DNA of 63,199 nucleotides, the filler included, from Octopus bimaculoides (taxonomy: Eukaryota): NCBI RefSeq assembly GCF_001194135.2. It is 6 parts of 6 records of this genome, joined end to end, with 100 filler letters (N's around TTAATTAATTAA, not from the genome) between each part and the next. Parts side by side here need not be neighbours in the genome. Positions count along the whole stretch, not along the records: positions 8,758 to 14,879 come from NC_069007.1; positions 14,980 to 22,840 come from NW_026351781.1; positions 22,941 to 32,037 come from NC_068995.1; 3 more parts are not named here. One strand, 5' to 3'. The notes below the pieces were generated by a model. The model worked only from the letters and a program-made list of their open reading frames with translations. It searched no databases and was not told the origin of the DNA. Positions 13,546 through 24,547 of the stretch are shown piece after piece (the stretch's first letter is position 1; each line of letters begins with the position of its first letter). The translations under genes and the position numbers were made by a program.

Positions 13546-14547
13546 NNNNNNNNNNNNNNNNNNNNNNNNNNNNNNNNNNNNNNNNNNNNNNNNNNNNNNN
13601 NNNNNNNNNNNNNNNNNNNNNNNNNNNNNNNNNNNNNNNNNNNNNNNNNNNNNNNNNNNNNNNNNNNNNNNNNNNNNNNNNNNNNNNNNNNNNNNNNNNN
13701 NNNNNNNNNNNNNNNNNNNNNNNNNNNNNNNNNNNNNNNNNNNNNNNNNNNNNNNNNNNNNNNNNNNNNNNNNNNNNNNNNNNNNNNNNNNNNNNNNNNN
13801 NNNNNNNNNNNNNNNNNNNNNNNNNNNNNNNNNNNNNNNNNNNNNNNNNNNNNNNNNNNNNNNNNNNNNNNNNNNNNNNNNNNNNNNNNNNNNNNNNNNN
13901 NNNNNNNNNNNNNNNNNNNNNNNNNNNNNNNNNNNNNNNNNNNNNNNNNNNNNNNNNNNNNNNNNNNNNNNNNNNNNNNNNNNNNNNNNNNNNNNNNNNN
14001 NNNNNNNNNNNNNNNNNNNNNNNNNNNNNNNNNNNNNNNNNNNNNNNNNNNNNNNNNNNNNNNNNNNNNNNNNNNNNNNNNNNNNNNNNNNNNNNNNNNN
14101 NNNNNNNNNNNNNNNNNNNNNNNNNNNNNNNNNNNNNNNNNNNNNNNNNNNNNNNNNNNNNNNNNNNNNNNNNNNNNNNNNNNNNNNNNNNNNNNNNNNN
14201 NNNNNNNNNNNNNNNNNNNNNNNNNNNNNNNNNNNNNNNNNNNNNNNNNNNNNNNNNNNNNNNNNNNNNNNNNNNNNNNNNNNNNNNNNNNNNNNNNNNN
14301 NNNNNNNNNNNNNNNNNNNNNNNNNNNNNNNNNNNNNNNNNNNNNNNNNNNNNNNNNNNNNNNNNNNNNNNNNNNNNNNNNNNNNNNNNNNNGTGAGGTT
14401 TTCTCTGAATAAGAGATGCATAGTTTTTAATAAAATTAATTAGTTCATCGGCTTCGTTTGAATTAAACAACAGTTCTTTAATTTTGCTGCAAACAGTTTA
14501 TGTGTGTGTGTGCATTTATACATATAAATGTATTATATTGCTCGTAC

Positions 14548-14632
<85 letters not shown>

Positions 14633-14879
14633 CATGGTTTTGCTTCCATTGTAGATATATTTCTAATACTTAGATATGAATGTCTGTGTGTCTGTGACAA
14701 ACACACACACACACACCTATACATACATATATATATATGTGTGTGTGTGTGTGTTATACATACACACACACATGTATATGCTTGTAAAATTTGAATTTGA
14801 AATTTGTCTAAAAATTGTTTCTCAGTCCTCTGCTTGTGTTTTTGTTTTTTGTTATAATTAGTGCACCACACGTATATAT

Positions 14880-14979
14880 NNNNNNNNNNNNNNNNNNNNN
14901 NNNNNNNNNNNNNNNNNNNNNNNTTAATTAATTAANNNNNNNNNNNNNNNNNNNNNNNNNNNNNNNNNNNNNNNNNNNN
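14880..14979. other. Artificial scaffold linker
   Basis: Same 44N-12-44N structure. Confidence 0.9.
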
Positions 14980-15420
14980 CCAGTCTTCAGCTAAAACAGT
15001 CTCCAGTTCTTGTAGTGATGATGGTGGAGAACATCGATTCCTTACTTGTTTTTCAAAAATGCGCCATAAATGTTCAATGATATTGAGATCTGAGGACTGT
15101 GGTGGCCAGATAAGATGTTCAACTTCACTATAATGCTCCTCATGCCATTTAGTAACTACTTTAGCTGTGTGAATTGATGCTTTATTGTCATGAAAGACTG
15201 TGTTTCTATCCGGAAACAGTTACGCAACCATAGGATGAATTTGATCAGATAAAATGCTTAAATAGTCTTCACTATTAACTCTGCCATGAAGGGAAACCAT
15301 TGGGCCGGCGGATTTCCAAGATATAGCCCTCCAAATCATCACAGATCCTCTTCCATGTTTGACAGTTGGAAGAAGGCAGTCTGGAGCAAATGCTTTTTTT
15401 GGCTGTCTCCATAGGTATAC
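14980..15420 (-). mobile_element. Tc1/mariner transposase catalytic-domain remnant (DD36E-type spacing)
   Basis: Translates VYLWRQPKKAFAPDCLLPTVKHGRGSVMIWRAISWKSAGP...VFHDNKASIHTAKVVTKWHEEHYSEVEHLIWPPQSSDLNIIEHLWRIFEK with one in-frame stop. TVKHGxGSVMxW and WPxQSxDLNxIExLW are Tc1 motifs. Confidence 0.9.
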
Positions 15421-15429
15421 TCAGCTGGG

Positions 15430-16235
15430 GATAAGAACCCGACCCTCAACTGAAAACACGAATGGAACAATAACACCCCCACCGCAATACGCACCACAGC
15501 GTATTATAAGCTTTGACACCGCACCTGGTAGGATAGGGAACTCAAAGGGAAATTAGTAGGGAACTCCATAACCTTAACCATGTACTCCCGCTGTTTGGAT
15601 GATATCAATATAGTGGCCAAAGCAGCCCCACAAGTCAATGTCGATGAAGTAAAAGCTAACACTATGGAGAACATCGAACAAATCGCTAACTCCATCCAGC
15701 AGAGTATTAAAGTAAAGTAGATTACCATAGCAAGCACCCTTACTATGGGCTAGCGGTTTTAGACACGGAACTCTGGTTGGAAACATATAATAAAAAGACC
15801 CAGGTCCTTCATTCCCACTATGCCAAACCCATGTCCTCTAAATACCTGGTACAGAAGAACGCAGTCGTTACAGACAGCACCAACTTCCATATCCTAATAG
15901 CGGAGTTGGTGGGAGTGTTGAGGAATGTATCCTGCATGTGTGATCCTATAGAATTAGAACAAAACACATACAACATGGCACATGGCGTCGGGGAGCAGAT
16001 AGGAGAACACTTCTGGGAGCTCAAAGAGGAGAAAAGCTTGCCCATGTTCTAACAACATGCTGAAGTCGAACATAGATTCTTGGTTAATAACTTAGCCGTT
16101 AAAGAATGATCAGCGCATAGAAGAGACACGACAGGTTACAGAGGCCACACACATAATAATAGAGAAACCGACCCTCAACTGAAAACACGAAAGGAACAAT
16201 AACACCCCCACCACAATACGCAGCACAGCGACTGG
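15430..16235 (+). mobile_element. Penelope-like retroelement fragment with pseudo-LTR direct repeats
   Basis: RT motif YSRCLDDINIV at 15583; thumb-like GLAVLDTELWLE...HSHYAKPMSSK; GIY-YIG C-terminal RQVTEATHIIIEKPTLN*KHE near 16130-16190. 63-bp direct repeat at 15439-15501 and 16168-16230. Confidence 0.75.
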
Positions 16236-16743
16236 TGACAGGCAGAGAAAAAGATACAGACACAAACAGTATAATACATAAATCCCTATGCACACAGACA
16301 AAAGACATACATGACCATACTTATGATGTAAAATCATAATTAGACATAAATAAATGAAACAAAAAATTGTATCTAAGACATAAATACAAACAATATACTG
16401 AGCAAACCAATATATACACACAAAAGACATCAAAATACTCGCTCGTGCACAACACACACTTACACACACGTACACGCACGCAAGCACAGATACAGGCACA
16501 AACGCATGCGCAAAAAACGATACACATCATAGAAAGACAGAATGAACAAAACGCAATAGGAGGAAACGCGTGGTATGGAAGAGTTGCTGAAGATGTAACT
16601 ATTGTGTGACGAAAGATTTCCAGGCAATGGACATAAGATAAAATAAGGACAATAATAACCGGGTGAATAATGGATATACATATACAATGCTTGTGTTTAT
16701 TAGGCAAGAAAAAATAACAAACCAAAAATATAACAATATATAT

Positions 16744-16784
<41 letters not shown>

Positions 16785-16795
16785 AAACAACGTGA

Positions 16796-19489
16796 TAAGC
16801 AATGTGAACATTACATCAAATGTAAAATGCAGAGCAATCCTCAACTGCACAAAGATATAGAAATTTACTGAAATTTCATTTCAACAGGACATATTTTTGT
16901 AACTACATTTAAACTCTCCAAGCAGAAAGGAGGAATACAAAAACCATTTTGACTTAGCCAGATCATACAGGATAGTGATTAATTCTAAGCAGATTTTTAA
17001 CTGTCACTGGTTTCATTTTTGTTTCATCTTATCAGACCTAGTGATTCAAAGCTTAAGAGGGCACCAGCCTTTTCCTTATTGGGAAAGGGAAAGGGGTAAA
17101 CAATATACATGAATGATATGGTTAGAAAATTTCTTTGGGTTTGGTGACAAACTACTATAGGTTGGGCGGTTTCTCTACTAGCAGACCAGTTTATAATGGA
17201 GCAGGGGATGTTTGAACATAAGGCACCTAGGTCAAAAGTATATAAAATAAAGTTGCTATATGTGTACAGATACAGTATATGTTTATTCATAGTATTCATT
17301 AATCAGAATAATGTAACTTATTGTTTTACATATGCCAAGTTTGAAAAATTTGAGATACCAATATTTGCTTAATTAATATGTGAATAAATAAAAGCTAATA
17401 ATAGATTAATAATGAAATAAAAAGAAATAGTGTATAGTAATATAACAAATCAATCAATGCAGTATGCAAAAACCATGAAGTAGTATTAAGTTAAAATGCT
17501 CTGGTAAAGTACATTTAGACTTATTTACACCAATATAAAGAACCATAGATAAGATGTGAAATTAAATTTTTTTTTTATATCTATTGGACTAAAGATTTTA
17601 AAATTTAAACTTATCTAATATCATTTAAAGGACACATAAGAGATAAAATTTATTTTATACCTAATGTACAGAATTGATACATAGAATTTACATGGTTTAT
17701 AATGATGGACTCATCAAGGTTTAAGAAACTGATAAAATGAATAACTGGAAATAACATAGAACTATAGTGGTGAAAATTAAACTTAAATATCTGATATCAT
17801 TTAAAGGACACATAAGAGATAAAATTTATTTTATAACTAATGTAAAGAATTGACACTTAGGATTTACATGGCTTATAAAGAAATTGGTACCAGTTTTAGC
17901 CTTAAATGGGAAATTATAAGAAAAGCCCAACCNNNNNNNNNNTTTAGATATTTTAAAAAGTAGCAAACTTAAATCTTCCATGTTTATCTTAGGTTATAAT
18001 TAGTACATATTTAAATTGAAATTGAACTTTTATAGCATATTTTTGATCTCGCACCTTAATGTATAATCTTCCTGTGAAAACTAAAATTTTAACTTTATCC
18101 AAGTATAATATATACTTTTACTTTAATTTTTGTTCACATCACTTTTGCTATTGCTGTTAGTTTAGTATGTATCTTACTTAATTTATTTTATTTAACTTAA
18201 AAGAATAGGATGTTTTGAAATTTCTTAATAGTTTTTAATAGTTTTTAAACCTTTTAAAATTTTATTTGATTACTGACCCTAAAGGATTCATGTTATTCCA
18301 TCATTCCATTGTTTTGTGGTAGTATTATTATTGTTATTTCATGGGAGACTTATTAAATAAATCTAATCCTTACATTATTATTTTGTACTTGGCCCATTTT
18401 AGTTAACACAAGTTCCTGATAATTTGAGATAGTGGGGTCTAATTAAATTAGTACATAATTATCATGTTCTCTATTAGTAGTTTAGTTCACCAATGTATTC
18501 TATGTTAATTCCAACCATTCATTTTTTCAATTTCTTAAACCTTGAGGAGTCCATCATTATAAACCATGTAAATTCTATGTATCAATTCTGTACATTAGGT
18601 ATAAGATAAATTTTATCTCTCATGTGTCCTTTAAATGATATTAGATATGTAAGTTTAAATTTTAAAATCTTTAGTCCAATAGATATAAAAAAAAATTTAA
18701 TTTCACATCTTATCTATGGTTCTTTATATTGGTGTAAATAAGTCTAAATGTACTTTACCAGAGCATTTTAAATTAATATCACTTCATGGTTTTTGCATAC
18801 TGCATTGATTGATTTGTTATATTACTATACACTATTTCTTTTTATTTTTCATTTCATTATTAATTTATAATTAGCTTTTATTTATTCACATATTTAATTA
18901 AACAAATATTAGTATCTCAAATTTTTCAAACTTAGCATATGTAAATCAATACTGATACGTTATTGTGATTAATGAATACTATCAATAAACATATACTGTA
19001 TCTGTACACATATAGCAACTTTATTTTATGTACTTTTGACCTAGGTGCCTTATGTTAACACTTCCCCTGCTCCATTATAAACTGGTCTGCTAGTAGAGAA
19101 AACCCCACCAACATATAGTAGTGTATCACTAAACTCAAAGAAATTTTATAACCATATCATTCATGTATATTGTTTACCCCTTTCCCTTTCCCAATAAGGA
19201 AAAGGCTTGGTGCCCTCTTAAGCTTAAAATCACTAAGTCTAAAAAGATGAAACAAAAAAATACAAATAAAATCAGTGACAGTTAAAAATCTGCTTAGAAT
19301 TAATTACTAGCCTGTATGGTCTGGCTAAGTCAAAATGGTTTTTGTATTCTTCCTTTCTACTTGGAGAGTTTAAATGTAGTTACAAAAGTATGTCCTTCTG
19401 TTGAAATGAAATTTCAGAAAATTTCTATATCTTTGTACATCTGAGGATTGCTCTGCATTTTACATTTGATGTAATGTTCACATTGCTTA
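16796..19489. repeat. Large inverted duplication, arms about 16796-17775 and 18487-19489
   Basis: Arms align continuously as reverse complements, roughly 90-95% identical by eye, with a spacer of about 710 bp containing a 10-N gap. Confidence 0.9.
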
Positions 19490-19596
19490 AATATATATGT
19501 ATATGTATGTTTATATATCTGTATATATATANNNNNNNNNNNNNNNNNNNNNNNNNNNNNNNNNNNNNNNNNNNNNNNNNNNNNNNNNNNNNNNNN

Positions 19597-19635
<39 letters not shown>

Positions 19636-20299
19636 TATGTATGTTGGTTACCATTTTATTAATCTAGGGAGAAACCGCTGAATTAGCCCTGATTATATAG
19701 GTACAATATAAGTTACGTACACAGGCATACTTCTATAAAATGCATATATACATACATAATTAAAAAAGTTCGTTATATCCATAAAGATACCATAAACAAT
19801 TATAAAAATGGTGAAAAGATGTTTTAAAAAATCCAAATTGCATTTGATAGATAAGAACGTTTCAAAAAACAATGCAAATATGTAAGAAAAAATTATAGTG
19901 ATTATAATTATAATTAAAGTTATGTATTGTCATTCTTATCATTGTGAAGAATTTTAGGAAGAACATCAAAAAAGTTATTAATAAAAACCAAGAAGGAAAA
20001 ACAAATGGAGAAATAAGTTGTAAAAGGGAAAAATTAAATGAAAACTAAAAACATATCAATGTTTAGGCAAGTCTATTTGTGCAAAAAATCTATAATTTAA
20101 TATGTCTGACGGATATATTAAAAAAAAACTAGTAAAAGATCATAGTGCAAACAACAAGACAAACACACTTGTCTAGCACGTTCACTAACAGAAAAAAGCT
20201 ATAGAGAATTATACGTAATGCTGGGAAGCTGAGGGGATAAAAGATGCAAAAAGCTGGCTGGCCACTAACTATTATGCGACACCCAGAATTCGTTAGAAT

Positions 20300-20481
20300 T
20301 GCCCCTTAGAGGGTAACTGTCTGACAAAGTCGATAGTACGTAGCGTCAATATCGAATCAAATGAACCTAAAATATATATTGGGTCAACGGAAGAATCATT
20401 CAGACATCATTATCATAGACATAAACGATCATTTGTCAACCCCGAGAGAAAATGTGCTCCTGATTTGTGGAAGTTCATATG
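20300..20481 (+). mobile_element. Penelope-like GIY-YIG endonuclease remnant
   Basis: CPLEGNCLTKSIVRSVNIESNEPKIYIGSTEESFRHHYHRHKRSF matches the PLE CPLxGxCL...YIG.TE..F..R...HK.SF pattern. The AT-rich 19.8-20.3 kb upstream may be degraded RT or linker. Confidence 0.75.
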
Positions 20482-20794
20482 TTCCTTGCGGGAGAGAAGA
20501 CTTCACCAGTTAAAAATGTTCCGATCGATTGTGAATAGAATGCAACGATGCAGGAACGGGAGCATAAATAAAAAATGCTGTGTGACATTTTATCTCGGGG
20601 ATAATTAAAGAAATGTATCTCAAAACATACACATATGAACACACATGCACACACATTTGCACACACACATGCACACACATATGCACACAATAAAATAGCT
20701 TCCTAAATATAAACTATTAATCAATGCTCTTATTAAGTATTAAGGTGTAATAAATCAGATGTAGTTATATTATTAGATAATGAATAACACTTAC

Positions 20795-20978
20795 CAATGA
20801 AGCCATTCTTGTTACATAAGTTTCCGACGCAACAACCAGTACAGGAAGTGCCATCGGTCCATTTGTTGCATCTGTGGGCATTCTTTCTCATAGCTTCCAC
20901 ACATTTTCTGTATGTGCTGCAGGACCTTTCAAACTTCGGTGTAACACCATTCATTGATAAAGTCAACCGACAAACAGG
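20795..20978 (-). CDS. Internal exon of a three-finger (Ly6/uPAR-like) Cys-rich protein: PVCRLTLSMNGVTPKFERSCSTYRKCVEAMRKNAHRCNKWTDGTSCTGCCVGNLCNKNGFI(G)
   Basis: Acceptor ctattcttacag| at 20979, donor TTG|gtaagt at 20794, 184 nt open (phase 0 to phase 1), 8 Cys ending in the LU hallmark CC-x4-CN. Confidence 0.75.
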
Positions 20979-21779
20979 CTGTAAGAATAGATATAACAGT
21001 CATATGCTACAACCACGACATTCACTAGTACGACTACTGCTAACTACAGCAACAACAACAACTACAACGCTGGGGATGTTTACCACGCAAAAGAGTTTAA
21101 TCATTGCTACAAAAAATATCCCGAAACAGCAAATAAGACCGAAAGTAATTTGCGAGAGTAGCGTAAGATAATAGCTTAAGTGATCCCTTATAAGGTTTAT
21201 TGATATTTACCGTTTATAAATAACATTTCATGAAATGCTTCATGAATGCGAACGCGCTCGGATCACATGTAAACATGGCCGTCGAATTACAGTCCACATC
21301 AAAATCACAACTTTTTGTCATTCGCCATCAAACTTAAAATTGGTCAAATTATCGTTTCTATCATAAACACAAGGTCTGACATTTGGGGGCAGAGGACTAG
21401 TCGATTACATCCACCTCAGTGTTTCACTGGTACTTTATTTATCGACCTCCAAAGGGTGAAAGGCAAAGACGACATTGGCGGAATTTGAACTCAGAATGTA
21501 ACGACGGGCGAAATACCGCTAAGTATTTTGTCCAGCGTTCTACCGAACAGCAAATGAGACCGAAAATAACTTGCGACAGTGTTGTAAGCGATTCCTTATA
21601 AAGTTTATGAATATTTACCATGTAAATATAGCCACTGAGTCACAGTCCATATCAAAATCACAACTCTTTGTGATTCACCATCAAAATTAAGGTGGTGAGC
21701 GGGCAGAATCGTTAGCAAGCCGGGCGAAATGCTTAGCGGTATTTCGTCTGTGTGACACCGGTTGAAATGCTTAGCGGTA

Positions 21780-22840
21780 CAACGGCTCCGTGAGTTTGGA
21801 TTATTACTTATTATTTCAGTGCGTCTGTACAGTAAGTGCAAGTTTCCATTGACTGTTTTTGTGTGTTCTTGTTATAATTATTTGTGTGATAGTCTTTGTT
21901 CGAAAGCTATCGTGTGTTTCCCCTATGGGGGAAACAGTAATTGCTGGTAAGATGCCGAATAGTATATATTCGTCTGGCGAAGAGGCGTCAACCGAGGGAA
22001 AAAATATCCAAAATTTATTGTTTGGAGAAGTTTCGGATTCTTCTGAAGGGGAGTTTCCAAATCTATCAAATTGTACTGTTACAAGGAGGAACATTAATGT
22101 GGAAAGCCTACAAACGGAAGAAAAACAAAAAAGAAATTTTGCGTCAGCGACTGGAGGTGGAACCCGCCAGCTGTCGACAAACAAAAGCGACATACTAAAG
22201 TATAAAGATATGTTAAAAATTGAAAACGGTGTTGTCAAGATTCAACCACCGGAAGAATTTTTATTAACAGGAAAAAAAATTATTATCTTCAAAGTTTACT
22301 GTAAAAAAGAACGGAAAATCGAGCGTGTGAGTGAAGAAAAAATTGAACAATGTCTAAAGCCCATTTGGCAGGACATTACTTATCTAGCAAGAGGCGAGAA
22401 ATTTGGTACCATTGAGGTACACTTAAAAAGCATTGAAACTGCACAAATGCACTCAGTAAAATCATTGGAAACCGAGGATATAATCTTAATACCTATTTAC
22501 ATGGGTATGAGGACATCCAATATAAAAATACCAAAAGTCCCACCTCATATTGACTCAATGTTGTTGATGGCGGCGGTCCTGGCAAAGAAGGTAGATGAGG
22601 TAAATATACTTCAGGCTATCGTCACCGAAAAAAACATATTAGATCGGCCACACGGTCCACTTATTAATTCAAGGAGAATAGGCTGTAATTGAACAACTTC
22701 CAGAAAAATAGAAGTTGGGGAGGAGTTGTTCCTCAACGTTTTTGTCGAGGGTCGAAAACACCGGTGTTTTTTGTGCGGCAAATTAGGCCTCATTCGAAGG
22801 AACTGCAAGGAAAATAAGGAAGACGAGGAAGAGGAGAAAG
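21780..22840 (+). mobile_element. L1/Tx1-clade LINE 5' UTR and ORF1 (gag-like) with zinc knuckle, frameshifted, truncated by a linker gap
   Basis: ORF 21859-22692 is open. After a frameshift near 22630 it continues IEQLPEKIEVGEELFLNVFVEGRKHRCFLCGKLGLIRRNC, i.e. VEGRxxRCxxCxxxxHxxxxC with His to Leu. Confidence 0.7.
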
Positions 22841-22940
22841 NNNNNNNNNNNNNNNNNNNNNNNNNNNNNNNNNNNNNNNNNNNNTTAATTAATTAANNNN
22901 NNNNNNNNNNNNNNNNNNNNNNNNNNNNNNNNNNNNNNNN
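22841..22940. other. Artificial scaffold linker
   Basis: Same structure; truncates Tx1 ORF1 on the left and RTE ORF2 on the right. Confidence 0.9.
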
Positions 22941-23945
22941 ATTCTTGAGGGATTGTATAGCCTTTCTTATTTCAAACTTGGACGGTGGGTCAAGGCTGAT
23001 GTTAAGATCCAAATTTCTTGGCACAATGTTGGCTATTGTGTCTGGAGGTAGTCTATTGAGTAAATTTTCAAAATGCTCCTTCCATCGATTTTTTTGTTCT
23101 AGAATTGATGTTAGCATCCAGCCATCCTTCCCTTTTACTGCTTTTTCTACTCTTACTCTCTTCCCGGATAGTAATTTAGTTGTGTTGTACAGCTCTTTCA
23201 TGTTCTGGCGTTGGGCTGCACTTTCTGCTGTCGTTGCTAAATTTTCGAAATATTTTCGCTTGTCTCTTTTTAATTGTTTTTTAACTTTCTTATTTTGTTG
23301 GCTGTAATTTCCCTGACTTCTATTTATCTCTACTTCTGAGCTTGCCAATAGTAATTTTTCCTTTAGCTTCTTTCTTACTTCTATGGCTGTTAGTGTCTCT
23401 TGTGATATCCACACCTTATTCTTTTTGTTTATACACCCTACGCATTCTTCTAATAATGAAATAAAAGCATCCTTAATTTTCGACCAAGTATGTTTTATTG
23501 TGTTGCCTTGCATCCTTTTTACTTGCATTGATTTGCATGATAATGCTTTTCTGTATTTTATTTGGGTATTTTCGTTGAACTCTACATTCCTCTTTTAAAG
23601 CCCTTAACTTCAGTTGTAGTTTGCCAAATAGTAGGTGGTGGTTGGAGGTTGCATCAGCCCCTCTTTTTACCCAAACATCGAACAGTGATCTCCTGAACTT
23701 GCAGCTTACACAGATGTGATCGATCTGATTTTGCGTTTTCAGATCTGGCGATATCCATGTAGCTTTGTGAAGGTCTTTGTGCAGAAATAAGGTTCCTCCA
23801 ATGACCAACTTGTTATTTGCCCAAAAGTCGGCAAATAACTGGCCATTTGCATTCATGCTTCCTAGACCACGTTTTCCCATAATGGCTTCATATCCTAAAT
23901 TAATGTTTCCGACTTTTGCGTTGAAATCACCCATAACCATTTCCA
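22941..23945 (-). mobile_element. RTE-clade LINE ORF2 remnant: C-terminal half of APE endonuclease plus linker toward RT
   Basis: VMGDFNAKVG...NANGQLFADF..NNKLVIGGTLF.HKDLHKATWISPD.KTQNQIDHI, then WISQETL...KRDKRKYFENLA...ELYNTTKLLSG...RWKEHFENLLN...PPSKFEIRKAIQSLKN. Confidence 0.9.
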
Positions 23946-24482
23946 AATTGATTACAAAAACACTGATAGTTGACAAGTCTTGTCGTATTAATTTACCAAC
24001 TGAAGGTTTCCAGAGTCAAACGTGTTTTATGACGCCGAATAGTCAAAGCCCTAGGGAAGCTAGTTGGCTGATACTGCTTTCAACAAAGGATTCCACGAGG
24101 TTTGGTGTGTGGAATGTTTGAACAATGTTTACTGCTGGAAAGTGTGAAAATATTAGCAAAGAAATGGACAATTACAAATTGGAAATTTTGGGTTTGTGCG
24201 AAACTAGGTGGATTGATAATGGACAAACTAAGCTAGCTTCAGGAAAAACAATTATATACTCAGGGCACAAAGATGATAAGGCGCATCACACAAGGGGAGT
24301 AGCTCTGATGCATTAATGGAATGGCAACCCATAAATGAAAGATTGATACTAGCAAAGTTTAGAACGTCTCATAAGAGGATTTTCCTAACAATCGTTATGT
24401 GCTACACCCCAACAAATGATGCTGATGAATTAGCAAAAGTTGAATTTTATGATACTCTGCAGAGCATAATTGAAAAATATGG
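23946..24482 (+). mobile_element. RTE-clade LINE 5' part (5' UTR and N-terminal half of APE endonuclease), inverted relative to the rest
   Basis: MTPNSQSPREAS...TRFGVWNV*TM...LEILGLCETRW...IIYSG...RGVA...WQPINERLILAKF...CYTPTNDAD...FYDTLQSIIEK. Confidence 0.9.
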
Positions 24483-24547
24483 GTATGTTAGTATATATAT
24501 ATATAACCAATATAAATATATATATACAGATACATATATATATAAAT

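Noticed and set aside
17037-17096. Exon-like PSDSKLKRAPAFSLLGKGKG (SHIPPO/ODF3-like) in the inverted repeat arm
   Set aside because: The other arm has a frameshift here, and no PGPG.Y repeat or neighbouring exons were seen.
16796-19489. Possible NUMT (very AT-rich)
   Set aside because: I found no recognisable mitochondrial CDS, rRNA or tRNA motifs in any frame or code tried by eye.
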